From positions 72,178 through 136,177 of the forward strand of contig CAJJAP010000004.1 in NCBI GenBank assembly GCA_905182185.1: a stretch of DNA of 64,000 nt. Reading direction: 5' to 3'. Source of the stretch: an uncultured Candidatus Poseidoniales archaeon. Lineage in GTDB: Archaea > Thermoplasmatota > Poseidoniia > Poseidoniales > Poseidoniaceae. A program made the translations under genes and the position numbers. Shown in pieces: positions 29,896-39,580 of this stretch (position 1 is the first letter of the stretch; each line of letters begins with the position of its first letter). A model generated the notes under the pieces. It was not told the origin of the DNA, ran no database searches, and saw nothing but the letters and a program-made list of their open reading frames with translations.

Positions 29896-30525
29896 ATGAG
29901 GCGTGACTCTAGACCCAATGATTCACGCCGAGAGGGCGTTTCTGCGGCTTTACGCAGAAATGATGAAGACTCATGCATAATAATGGGAATTCTCAATATC
30001 ACACCCGATTCCTTTCATGCTGCCTCAAGACAAGACAGTCTAGATAGCGCTATTGAAAATGGATTGCGAATGTGGAAACAGGGTGCAACTTGGGTTGATG
30101 TTGGTGGTGAATCAACAAGGCCCAATGCTGAAACGGTTTCACTGCAGGAAGAACTTGACAGGGTAATTCCTGTAATTAGTGGACTTAGGCAAGCAAATCC
30201 AGACGGGTTGATTTCTATTGACACAAGAAGGCCAGAAGTCGCACGACAAGCGATTCAAGCAGGTGCCGATATGATAAATGATGTATCTGGCCTACGTGAT
30301 CCTGAAATGATTGAAGTTGTTCTTAACAGCGGTTGTGCTATTTGCATTATGCACATGCAAGGTGAACCAAGTAACATGCAAGCAAACCCGAACTACCAAA
30401 ACTGTAGCCAAGAAGTTTCAGAGAACTTGAAAGAAATCGCCAACGCATTGATCATGGCTGGACATTCACGAACAGTTGATCTGTGTGGACCCTGGCATCG
30501 GCTTTGGGAAAACTCTGCAGCATAA
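29896..30525 (+). CDS. folP: Dihydropteroate synthase, N-terminal fragment (+1 shift near 30466-30478)
   Basis: MGILNITPDSF, DVGGESTRP, INDVSG, IMHMQG. Confidence 0.88.
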   Translation: MRRDSRPNDSRREGVSAALRRNDEDSCIIMGILNITPDSFHAASRQDSLDSAIENGLRMWKQGATWVDVGGESTRPNAETVSLQEELDRVIPVISGLRQANPDGLISIDTRRPEVARQAIQAGADMINDVSGLRDPEMIEVVLNSGCAICIMHMQGEPSNMQANPNYQNCSQEVSENLKEIANALIMAGHSRTVDLCGPWHRLWENSAA

Positions 30526-30760
30526 TGTGGAATTACTTCAAAACCATGAAATGTTTCGTGGAGTCAATAACTATTCCATCTTATGGGGTGTTTCAAGAAA
30601 ATCAATGATATCCCAATTAACTGGAAAAACAAATTCAGATGACAGGTTGCCTGGAACTCTTGCCATTGCAGCATTTGCCCATAATGAAGGCATAGATATT
30701 CTACGTGTTCATGATGTAGAAGAGCACATTGATTTACTCAAAGTTCTCAATAATTTGTGA
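30476..30760 (+). CDS. folP: Dihydropteroate synthase, C-terminal fragment (frame open from 30452)
   Basis: ICVDPGIGFGKT, GVSRKS, ILRVHDV. Confidence 0.88.
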   Translation: MICVDPGIGFGKTLQHNVELLQNHEMFRGVNNYSILWGVSRKSMISQLTGKTNSDDRLPGTLAIAAFAHNEGIDILRVHDVEEHIDLLKVLNNL

Positions 30761-30761
30761 A

Positions 30762-31925
30762 TTACAATCCGAATCCACCGAGCAATCCTGCCGCAGCCAC
30801 CCATGCACCGGCCATACTACCAAGATTGGTCAGTGCTGTGACCAGCAAAACTCTACCAGCTTTATTTGACCAAAACATTCCAAGATTATCTAGTTTTAAG
30901 AAATCTGCTAAATCCTCTGCGCTAGGTTCTGCCATTTTCAATTGCACATATCCTGCGAACCAACCCGCTGCTAATGCTGGATTCAATGAAGTGATCGGGG
31001 AGGCGAGTGCTGCAGTCAGTATTGCCAATGGATGGCCTCTTGCAAGAATACATCCAATTGCGGCAAAAATAGCGTTTGCCGCAGTCCATACTGTGAAAAA
31101 TTGAACCAAGTCAATATCGGTGCCAGTGGACAAATAATAGGCCATTAATCCCATTACCAGCATTGGTATCGCCCATGGCATTACCTTCATAGCGAATGTT
31201 TTTCGAGGAAGATTTTGTAATTGTTTTATTCGATTAATGTCACATTTATTCTCAACTAAGTACTCCTTAATACCCGCTAGATGACCTGCACCAACTACTG
31301 CCAAAACCTTCTTTTCCGAGTTTAGAGCAGATATTTTTGTTGCTAAGTATTCATCTCTTTCATCGATTAAGACTTTACCAGCACCTGGAGAAAAACCTCT
31401 CAATTCCTCCATCAACGAGGATAACAAATCACTATCATCAAGAAGTGTGTTGACATCAGGGGCTTCTTCTTCATCATCATCTTGACCCAACAACGATTTC
31501 AAAACTCTAAACTTTTCGATGAATCGCATATTCTTCCATGCTCTTCGCAATGTTACTTGGATATCCCTATCAACCAATGCAACTTCTAAGCCGGCTGCTT
31601 TTGCTTCTTCGACTGCAGCAATCAATTCCGCACCTGGTTGCTGGCCTTCATCCAAGCCAAGTTTTCTCTGCTCAGCAGCCAATAGTGACTGAATTAGGAC
31701 TAGAGGTGCCTTGCCTTCTTTGACGACTTTGAGTAAACCTTCTTTGTCCAATCTGCGGTCACTGGTCAAAGCCTCATGTCTTGATTTGCATAATTCCACA
31801 GCGACTATATCTGGCTGATATTCAGCGATATGATGCCTTACCGCTTCTACACTCGCCGTAGCAACGTGAGCAGTTCCTAGAATTCGGAGGTTGGGACTTA
31901 TATCAATAAATGGTGAAGTAGTCAT
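30762..31925 (-). CDS. TraB/PrgY family protein
   Basis: ILGTAHVATASVEAV...PDIVAVELCKSR, GAGHLAG, C-terminal TM helices. Confidence 0.8.
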   Translation of the reverse strand: MTTSPFIDISPNLRILGTAHVATASVEAVRHHIAEYQPDIVAVELCKSRHEALTSDRRLDKEGLLKVVKEGKAPLVLIQSLLAAEQRKLGLDEGQQPGAELIAAVEEAKAAGLEVALVDRDIQVTLRRAWKNMRFIEKFRVLKSLLGQDDDEEEAPDVNTLLDDSDLLSSLMEELRGFSPGAGKVLIDERDEYLATKISALNSEKKVLAVVGAGHLAGIKEYLVENKCDINRIKQLQNLPRKTFAMKVMPWAIPMLVMGLMAYYLSTGTDIDLVQFFTVWTAANAIFAAIGCILARGHPLAILTAALASPITSLNPALAAGWFAGYVQLKMAEPSAEDLADFLKLDNLGMFWSNKAGRVLLVTALTNLGSMAGAWVAAAGLLGGFGL

Positions 31926-31939
31926 TCAATCCCTCCGAT

Positions 31940-33337
31940 TTAGTTGAATACTTTTTCAAGTTCTATTGCCATGGCTTTCAATGCATCATCACTTGCTTGA
32001 TCTACATCATCTACTACTTCATCCAATAGTAATTCGAATGGAATTTGCCCACCTGCAAGGGCCTTGTGACCTCCTGCTAATCCATCAGGCCATCTTTCGG
32101 CCAATAAACGGCCGATGTGGATGTCCGGGTTGCTAGTTCTTGCTGAAAGAATGATTCTACCACGCCTTGGACCGAAGACGATGACATTGTCAACATCTGC
32201 AGTCGGTAGTAAAAAATCTGCGATTTGAGCTAATGCATCGCGATTTGGCATTTGCCTAATTGGCGCTAAGAGAGTCTTACCGACTAGAATTCGATTATTG
32301 AGCCCTTCACTGAATGATTCGAGTGTTTGTTGTGAACGAGGTGGAGCTTCTATAGAACGGAGTAAGTCTGAATCGACCCATGCATTCAACCATGATAATG
32401 CCCTAATATCAACCGCATTGAAGTCTCTTGTAAAACCCAAAGTATCGGTTCTGATCCCAAATGCTAATGCGGTTGCAACTCTAGTATTCATTGGGAAATT
32501 AATACTCATTAACAAACTAGCAACCAGTGAGGATGTTGCGGAAAACTCAGGCCGAACCATTGTGATGTCGGCAGCGACACTAGTTTCAACACTGTGATGA
32601 TCAATAATTATATGAGGCACACAATCCTCTGGTAGAATGTTATTTGCCCCTGGTCTATGGAAATCAACAGTGATAATCACATCACTCTCCCTTAGAACAT
32701 CCGCCACCTCCCAATCTAGAATTAAGCGGCGTACTGGAATGTCAAGCAGATGAACCATCGCTCTGTTTTGTTGGTGTTCAATCAATCCACCGTGGTATAA
32801 TTTAGCATTAAGACCCATAGTATTGACAAATTCATGGATTGCAAGACCTGCTGCAAGGGCATCGGGGTCGGGATTGTCGTGGCAAAATATTGCAACCTTA
32901 GACCCACTAGGAACGCTTGAAAGATAATGCTGCACTACTGTTGAACCATCTTTTCTATCCCATGCCCGAATCCTATCTTGTATTGCTGCAAATGAAACAT
33001 CATCGATACTAACTAAATCAATTCCATCTCCTTGAAGCGGTAAAGTGGTTAATATCGGAACATTTGGCCACATTGTATTCAGTGCTTGAATCGGATTTGA
33101 ATCTTCCAAAGCACTCGGATCAAGTAATAATACTGCTGTTGGACTTCTATCTCCAAGTGGTAGTGAATTCAATGAAACTGCATGCGGCAATGCCATTACT
33201 TCAACATTTTTAAGTTCGTCTTGCTGCTGAATTGGCAATTTTTCACTCAAACCAACGATGATGCAACTTCTACTGCTCTGGCACCAAGTAGCCAAGCGAA
33301 TTGCGAGGTTTCCGGAGCCGATTATTAAGAACATCAA
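31940..33337 (-). CDS. DHH-family phosphoesterase with N-terminal Rossmann-like (TrkA-N-like) domain
   Basis: IIGSGNLA at the N-terminus. CHDNPDPDALA, IIIDHHS, DHHA1-like GGHKALAGG. Confidence 0.7.
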   Translation of the reverse strand: MMFLIIGSGNLAIRLATWCQSSRSCIIVGLSEKLPIQQQDELKNVEVMALPHAVSLNSLPLGDRSPTAVLLLDPSALEDSNPIQALNTMWPNVPILTTLPLQGDGIDLVSIDDVSFAAIQDRIRAWDRKDGSTVVQHYLSSVPSGSKVAIFCHDNPDPDALAAGLAIHEFVNTMGLNAKLYHGGLIEHQQNRAMVHLLDIPVRRLILDWEVADVLRESDVIITVDFHRPGANNILPEDCVPHIIIDHHSVETSVAADITMVRPEFSATSSLVASLLMSINFPMNTRVATALAFGIRTDTLGFTRDFNAVDIRALSWLNAWVDSDLLRSIEAPPRSQQTLESFSEGLNNRILVGKTLLAPIRQMPNRDALAQIADFLLPTADVDNVIVFGPRRGRIILSARTSNPDIHIGRLLAERWPDGLAGGHKALAGGQIPFELLLDEVVDDVDQASDDALKAMAIELEKVFN

Positions 33338-33549
33338 ATCCCTCCGATTTTACAATTAATGCCAATGGTGTTTGAATGTTATGCAATCTTCGCATTTTCA
33401 ATAACAGGATTTAAGTCCGTGTTTTAGACAAATCGTCTCCCCTCTTTGAACTATCCCCTGTATCATATAGGAAATAACAATGACCACGTGAATTGAAAGT
33501 ATTCCATCTATGCGTTAGTATCATGTGCAATTGTCATCCCCGCAACATT

Positions 33550-35001
33550 ATGGGACTACATCAATCACCTGCGGTATTGTTTACTCTACTCATGATAAGT
33601 GCCACATTATCAGGATGCTTTGGAAATGAAGAAGTTGAGAACGTAGTAGAAATTGATAATCCTCTAGATGGATTATTCACATCTACATCATGGTATCATT
33701 ACCCTGGAGCTGTAAATGCTAGTAATGATACAATAGGATATGACAACCTAACTGGAAACTCAACTCCATACCCTGCTAGTGGAACCTATTACGGAATAGG
33801 AGATACTACTTTTGAACCTACAATTGGAGTTACATCAACCGGCGGAATCCATTACGCATCTTTTGGCGGAGCCGGTAGAGGAAGCATGGTCTATACCTCG
33901 ATGGACCAAGGTCAAACATGGACTAATATGGGTCCATTCAATCCAGTATTACCAGATATAGGGCAAGTTCCTTCATCTAATGACCCTTACATCTATGTCG
34001 ATAAGTGGACTGACCGAATTGTAAAATTTGACATGCATGCTCTAACCGCTATGTTCGTTGAATATTCTGATGACGATGGACAAACATGGTCTATTCCATT
34101 CACAGCAGAAGGATACTATACTCCACAAGACCACCAATCAATTGCTTCAATGCCAGATGTTGAAGGGAATGCGCTGTATGATACAATATTTGTTTTCTGT
34201 ATTAATACCGGCAGTTCTGCAGCAGGACCTCAATGTTCCCGTTCTCTAAATGGAGGACTTACATGGGATATTCAGAGACCAGGATACCCTACCGACACTG
34301 CACAATGTTCCGGATTACATGGTCACCTAGCTGGATCTGCTGATGGTGCAATATATCGAGGAAACCCTTCATGCGATGGACCTGCAGTCTATCGCAGTTT
34401 AGATGGTGGAACAATATGGACTGAACATACTATTACCACTACAGTTCCAATGCAAGAAGGTTGGCATAGTCATGAAGTTGCCGTAGCAGCAGATGATGCC
34501 GGCAATCTATTCGCTTCATGGATTAGCATTGATGATATGCCTTGGATGGCATATTCTCGTGACCAAGGAGACACATGGTCGGAACCGATGATGGTGGCAC
34601 CACCAGGAGTTAATGAAACAGGATTCCCTACTATTTTTGCTGGCGCAGAAGGTAGAGTCCTCGTCGGATATATCGGCGAAGGTGATGACAATGGTGGCTG
34701 GAGCGGTTACATGTCGGTTATGACCGATGCATTCGCAGAAAATCCATTGATTACAACTGTTGCAGTCAATTCACCTGATGACCCACTAGACATTACCGAT
34801 GATTGTGGAAATGTACGCTGTGGTGGATTTGGAGATTTCATCGACGTTGAATTTGATGATGAAGGAAGACCATGGATCGCATTAGCACATAATACAAATG
34901 GAGAAATTGGAATAGTTGGAACATTCATTACTGGACCAGCACTATTTGGAGAATTGAGGCAATTGCCTGAACTCTCACCTGGTGGACCAAGTACTCTTTG
35001 A
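33550..35001 (+). CDS. BNR/Asp-box repeat (sialidase-like beta-propeller) lipoprotein
   Basis: Signal peptide with lipobox LSGC. Five SxDxGxTW boxes (SMDQGQTWT, SDDDGQTWS, SLNGGLTWD, SLDGGTIWT, SRDQGDTWS). Confidence 0.75.
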   Translation: MGLHQSPAVLFTLLMISATLSGCFGNEEVENVVEIDNPLDGLFTSTSWYHYPGAVNASNDTIGYDNLTGNSTPYPASGTYYGIGDTTFEPTIGVTSTGGIHYASFGGAGRGSMVYTSMDQGQTWTNMGPFNPVLPDIGQVPSSNDPYIYVDKWTDRIVKFDMHALTAMFVEYSDDDGQTWSIPFTAEGYYTPQDHQSIASMPDVEGNALYDTIFVFCINTGSSAAGPQCSRSLNGGLTWDIQRPGYPTDTAQCSGLHGHLAGSADGAIYRGNPSCDGPAVYRSLDGGTIWTEHTITTTVPMQEGWHSHEVAVAADDAGNLFASWISIDDMPWMAYSRDQGDTWSEPMMVAPPGVNETGFPTIFAGAEGRVLVGYIGEGDDNGGWSGYMSVMTDAFAENPLITTVAVNSPDDPLDITDDCGNVRCGGFGDFIDVEFDDEGRPWIALAHNTNGEIGIVGTFITGPALFGELRQLPELSPGGPSTL

Positions 35002-35010
35002 AGCATTACT

Positions 35011-35286
35011 TCAACGTGAACCAATTACAAAGATGAAATTTAACAACGCTTGGAAAAAGAGAAACCATCCCAATAGCATCCCAACTAGTGGAGCGAGTGG
35101 AGGGTCTTCGCCAAATACCGTAGTGTAGAATATGATACAAGCGGCAAACCCTGCAACGAAAAATACTCTGTAAAGAATCTGTGCGCCTATTCTTTTTCCC
35201 AATGAAAGTTGCTTCCATCCCTCAAAACCAAACCATAGCCAAATTAAATTTAGCATACCGGCATCGTTGTTATTGTCATCATCCAT
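35011..35286 (-). CDS. Small hypothetical membrane protein (3 TM)
   Basis: 91-aa hydrophobic ORF. An alternative-frame ORF overlaps it, so the call is weak. Confidence 0.35.
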   Translation of the reverse strand: MDDDNNNDAGMLNLIWLWFGFEGWKQLSLGKRIGAQILYRVFFVAGFAACIIFYTTVFGEDPPLAPLVGMLLGWFLFFQALLNFIFVIGSR

Positions 35287-35315
35287 AGATGAGCCAATCG
35301 AAATTACCGCATAAC

Positions 35316-36305
35316 TTAATCGGACTTTTTCTGAATATAAGTACGAACAACAACCGATGAAGGGTTCTTGGGAGCTTCACTAAATCCAAACTTACATTGC
35401 TCGGTCATTAGCATTTTTTTGCCAGCATCTTTGCCATTGATCGTTGCCTTAGCCTCTATAATTTTGGAAACTCGGTCAATCGCATACCATTCCTTGCGGT
35501 TATTCTTGGAACGACCATGAGTCCTTGTTCCCCAAAAGATTCTAGCAAATACTAATTCTACCGTTGCTATGAAAAACAGTGAACGGCTAAATGGTATTGA
35601 CCATCCTCTATTCCATTTGTATTCAAGGTTCAGTGATTCCGAACTCAAGGTCATTTCTTGGAGGCGGTGAGCAATGTTTATCTCTTCAATCAATACTTCT
35701 TCAAAAGTATACAATGATTGTACATAATCCGATATTTGGGTATTGGGGGCTATTAGAATTCTCTTTCCCTCACTTGTTGCCCACATCACATCGGTAAAAC
35801 TTCCAAATGGAGAGTCCTTCCAATCGCCGATGACAATTCTATCACCACTCTCAAAACCACAAGAAGTTATTCTTCCTGAAAATACATCCATCTTTTTGAT
35901 ATTTCTTTCTTGTCCTTTGAAAGGGGTAATCTCTCCAATCCAAGCAATTGTAAAGATTAGAATGAGTTGAATTACAAATCTAAAGATGTGGAAAACGTTA
36001 TCATATTGTGTTTCATTCAAAGGGATATCATTGTACCACATGTTGAAATTGGCCCAATATAATGCTACAAGCATCCAAGCGATACCAAAAGATGCCAAAG
36101 CCCTCGTCCGTGGAATAATCAATAAGAGTCCAAGAGAAGCCTCGAAAAAGCCACTAAGCAATACCCAGAATTTAGGTGATGGGAGAATCTCAGGTACAAT
36201 CGGTTGATACCAAGAGGGATGGATGAAATGATCAATTCCAATAGAAATGAAAGCCAAACCTAAGCCGAAGCCGAGGATTCCCCGTAGGTTGAAATTGACT
36301 TTCAT
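35316..36305 (-). CDS. Membrane protein: DoxX-like 4-TM N-terminal domain plus uncharacterised C-terminal domain
   Basis: Four N-terminal helices resembling DoxX, then about 200 aa that look soluble, with no motif I recognise. Confidence 0.5.
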   Translation of the reverse strand: MKVNFNLRGILGFGLGLAFISIGIDHFIHPSWYQPIVPEILPSPKFWVLLSGFFEASLGLLLIIPRTRALASFGIAWMLVALYWANFNMWYNDIPLNETQYDNVFHIFRFVIQLILIFTIAWIGEITPFKGQERNIKKMDVFSGRITSCGFESGDRIVIGDWKDSPFGSFTDVMWATSEGKRILIAPNTQISDYVQSLYTFEEVLIEEINIAHRLQEMTLSSESLNLEYKWNRGWSIPFSRSLFFIATVELVFARIFWGTRTHGRSKNNRKEWYAIDRVSKIIEAKATINGKDAGKKMLMTEQCKFGFSEAPKNPSSVVVRTYIQKKSD

Positions 36306-36500
36306 AAGTTGCCGTAATCCACTTTAGACATAAAGTAATGTTAATTGGCAGGGAGATTAATTCACTGTAGTAAGTAATAACTAACCAACAAACCGTTTTA
36401 GCCGCATACGAACAAAGAGGACCTCTTGCAGATAGGAGGAAATATCACTATTTCAGGTGTCCGGGCGATTGGCTAAATACTAGCAAAATGAGGATAAGAT

Positions 36501-36941
36501 ATGTCCAAAGAAGTTGACCCACATAGTCAGCCAGAATCTCTCTTTGTTGGCCATGTTTCTGAAACTGTTTCTCAAATACAAAACGAGAGCCCAATAATTT
36601 CACAACAACAAATAGAACCCATTAATCTAAAATATAGTCCTGAAGTTAATCTACGAACTTATTCTTATTTTGCGATTGTAATCGGACTTATAGCATGTAT
36701 TGCATCATGGTGGATTGGTTCTTGGCCCGAATTTATTTGTGGAAATACATTGTGCTTTTTTTCCTTTGCAATAGCCTTATTCATGGATGCTTCGTACTCC
36801 AAAGGTAAATCTGATTGGGAATTGTCAGTAGGTCGATCAAATTTGAAATCAACTATTGGAATGATTTTCTGTATAATCCTTGGAATGGTTTTTACTGTAA
36901 TTGTAGTATTTGTGCTTTATTTCATGACTGAATTTGGTTAA
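36501..36941 (+). CDS. Hypothetical membrane protein
   Basis: 146 aa with a hydrophilic N-terminus and 3-4 TM helices. Confidence 0.45.
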   Translation: MSKEVDPHSQPESLFVGHVSETVSQIQNESPIISQQQIEPINLKYSPEVNLRTYSYFAIVIGLIACIASWWIGSWPEFICGNTLCFFSFAIALFMDASYSKGKSDWELSVGRSNLKSTIGMIFCIILGMVFTVIVVFVLYFMTEFG

Positions 36942-37020
36942 CTGCTTAACATCGGTTTACAAGTGTATATGCTCAACATTAACACCCAGATATGATGCTT
37001 TTAAGCATTTTAATGATTAA

Positions 37021-37398
37021 TCAGTCGATTCTGAGAATGATTGGTTCAAAATTTTCTTTTCTAAAATCCCGTACTAGATTTTCCAAACATTCCGAATCTC
37101 CAGATCCAGATTGGTGAACAACTATCACTACTTTGTTAGAATTCAATGTATCTTCATCTAATTTGGCGAATTCAAGTAATGGTTTGAGGCCCCCGGATTC
37201 ATATATTGGACTGCTCTTAATTTTTACAGGCAATCCTTTTCCTCCCTGCATCCAGTGTGCTGCAGGGTGGTATCGGATACTAAAACTACCATCTCCAAGA
37301 TTAGATAACATGTCAAAAACTACAGTAAACTGCATAACATCTCCTGTAAGTTCGATGTATTGAATGTATTCATCTGAACCAACAACAAATTGATTCAT
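37021..37398 (-). CDS. Hypothetical protein
   Basis: 125-aa ORF with no recognised motif. Confidence 0.4.
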   Translation of the reverse strand: MNQFVVGSDEYIQYIELTGDVMQFTVVFDMLSNLGDGSFSIRYHPAAHWMQGGKGLPVKIKSSPIYESGGLKPLLEFAKLDEDTLNSNKVVIVVHQSGSGDSECLENLVRDFRKENFEPIILRID

Positions 37399-37465
37399 AG
37401 AGTTCTGTTCTCAAAGGGGAACTGCTAAGAACAAAATCAATACACCGGCAAATGAGGCAATCGTC

Positions 37466-38227
37466 ATGAAACTTCGAATTCATCAATTTCTTTCAAAATG
37501 TGGCGAGTTTTCATCAAAAGGAGATGTCAAACAAGCCATTTGGAGTGGTGATATCACAGTCAATGATTCCATTGTGAAGCACATTGCCTATGAATTCAAT
37601 CCTGCAAAACGTACTGTAAAGTACCGTGGAAAGGAATTGTTTCTCCCTTCTAATGATGTTTATTTCCTCCTCAACAAACCTTCAGGGTGTATTTGCTCTC
37701 GCCTCAATTCACAAGAACTCGAACATCGCAAAGCCTCTGTCTATGAGATTTTCCGCGACGAAGTAGAGCCATCTATCTACGAATCACTGATCACTGTAGG
37801 CAGACTTGATGAAGAAACAACTGGCTTGCTTTTGGTTACTACTGATGGAAAATTAGTCCATTCAGTAACCGAACCTGATAAGAAAATTAAGAAAACTTAT
37901 CGAGTGGAGACTGAGGAAGAGATTACTGAAGCTCAACTTGAATCAATTCGCCAAGGTGTTGATGTGTCCGTCACCGAATACGGTTCATTAGAAGAGTTTC
38001 AAACTCGACCTGCGACTATTGAGTTAGAACATGCAACAAGTGCTGTTTTGACTATAGATGAGGGGAAGAAAAGGCAAATCAGGAGAATGTTCACGACTCT
38101 TGGAAACCATGTTACCCACTTACACCGATTATCAACCGAGAAAATGGTGTTGAAAGACTACAACCTTGAACCAGGCCAGTTTTGTACAATCACACGTGAA
38201 GAAATAGACCGAACATTGTTCTCTTGA
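37466..38227 (+). CDS. Pseudouridine synthase, RsuA/RluB family (S4 domain + catalytic domain)
   Basis: GRLDEETTGLLLVTTDG with the catalytic Asp, and KKRQIRRM. Confidence 0.85.
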   Translation: MKLRIHQFLSKCGEFSSKGDVKQAIWSGDITVNDSIVKHIAYEFNPAKRTVKYRGKELFLPSNDVYFLLNKPSGCICSRLNSQELEHRKASVYEIFRDEVEPSIYESLITVGRLDEETTGLLLVTTDGKLVHSVTEPDKKIKKTYRVETEEEITEAQLESIRQGVDVSVTEYGSLEEFQTRPATIELEHATSAVLTIDEGKKRQIRRMFTTLGNHVTHLHRLSTEKMVLKDYNLEPGQFCTITREEIDRTLFS

Positions 38228-38281
38228 TTTGCAACATGATGGTTGAGTCAATCATGCTCAAAGATGGTTAAGACGTGGTGA

Positions 38282-39502
38282 TCAAAGAGACTCGATAACC
38301 ATGGCAATTCCTTGCCCGCCACCGATACATGCTGTAGCGACACCATATCTGCCACCACTGCGTTGTAATTCATATGCAAGAGTAAGTGCAAGACGAGTTC
38401 CTGTTGCTGCTAATGGATGGCCAAGGCCAACTGCACCACCGTTTACATTGACTTTACTAACATCGATTCCTAAGTCTTTGATACAGGCCACTGCTTGACC
38501 TGCAAAAGCCTCGTTAATCTCCCAGCGGTCAATATCATCAACACTCAATCCAGCCTTTTTAAGAGCCTTACGAGATGAAGGAACTGGCCCATATGCCATT
38601 ATTGCTGGTTCTAGGCCAACGATTCCCCAAGAAACAATACGGGCCAGTGGTGAATCGCCATCCGCTTTAGCCTGAGTTGCTGATTTGATTACAACCGCTG
38701 CTGCACCATCAACAATCCCTGAAGCATTACCTGCTGTTACAAAGGATTCAGGGCCAAATGCCGTAGGCAACTTAGCCAGTGACTCACTAGTACAACCAGA
38801 AACAACGTGATCTTCGTCTTTGTGAGTAATTACTGTATCTCCTCTTCTCGACTTAATAGTAACCGTAACTATTTCTTTCTCAAACAAACCTTCATCAATT
38901 GATTTTGTAGTTCGGGCATGAGAGAGTGCTGCATATTCATCAATTTCCTCTCTTGTTACACCTTTTCTATTACAAATTTCATCAGATGTTTGAGCCATAT
39001 ACATTCCACAAGTCAAATCTTGTAAGTTTGTCATCATATAATCTTCAACAGGGGGTGAGCGACCTAATTTCCATCCATCTCTTGCACCACGAAGTACATG
39101 AGGTGCTTGGGATAAGTTTTCCATTCCACCAGCAACAACTGTATTAGCATCTCCAAGCATTATCATTTGTGCGCCTGTGATTATTGATTGAACTCCTGAA
39201 CCACAGATTCGTGATAGAGTTAACATCGGAACTTCTTGAGGTATTCCGCCTTGCAAACCTGCATGACGTGAACCATAAATCGACTGAGCGCAGGTTTGTA
39301 GGGCATATCCCATTACCACATGGTCAACACTTGCTGGGTCGGTTCCAGTCTTTTCTAAAGCACCAGCAATAGCGATTCCACCGAGTTGTTGTGCGCTGAG
39401 ACTCTTCAGTAAGCCCCCTGGCTTACCATCGCCTCTCTTTCCTCCAACCCATTCGCAGAAGGGAGTGCGAGCCCCGCCGATAATTACAACATCTTCACTC
39501 AT
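38282..39502 (-). CDS. Acetyl-CoA C-acetyltransferase (thiolase)
   Basis: LSRICGSGVQS active Cys, NVNGGAVGLGHPLAATG, CIGGGQG. Confidence 0.92.
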   Translation of the reverse strand: MSEDVVIIGGARTPFCEWVGGKRGDGKPGGLLKSLSAQQLGGIAIAGALEKTGTDPASVDHVVMGYALQTCAQSIYGSRHAGLQGGIPQEVPMLTLSRICGSGVQSIITGAQMIMLGDANTVVAGGMENLSQAPHVLRGARDGWKLGRSPPVEDYMMTNLQDLTCGMYMAQTSDEICNRKGVTREEIDEYAALSHARTTKSIDEGLFEKEIVTVTIKSRRGDTVITHKDEDHVVSGCTSESLAKLPTAFGPESFVTAGNASGIVDGAAAVVIKSATQAKADGDSPLARIVSWGIVGLEPAIMAYGPVPSSRKALKKAGLSVDDIDRWEINEAFAGQAVACIKDLGIDVSKVNVNGGAVGLGHPLAATGTRLALTLAYELQRSGGRYGVATACIGGGQGIAMVIESL

Positions 39503-39580
39503 TAAACTGGCCGAGAAGGGGTTAGGTCAAAAACTCAACCTATGACAATAATACTCACTAAGGGTCTATGAGTTTGGAAT

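Noticed and set aside
30757-31104. 115-aa plus-strand ORF following folP
   Set aside because: It is entirely antisense to the C-terminal TM region of the TraB-family gene. The Ala/Pro-rich translation is typical of a shadow frame.
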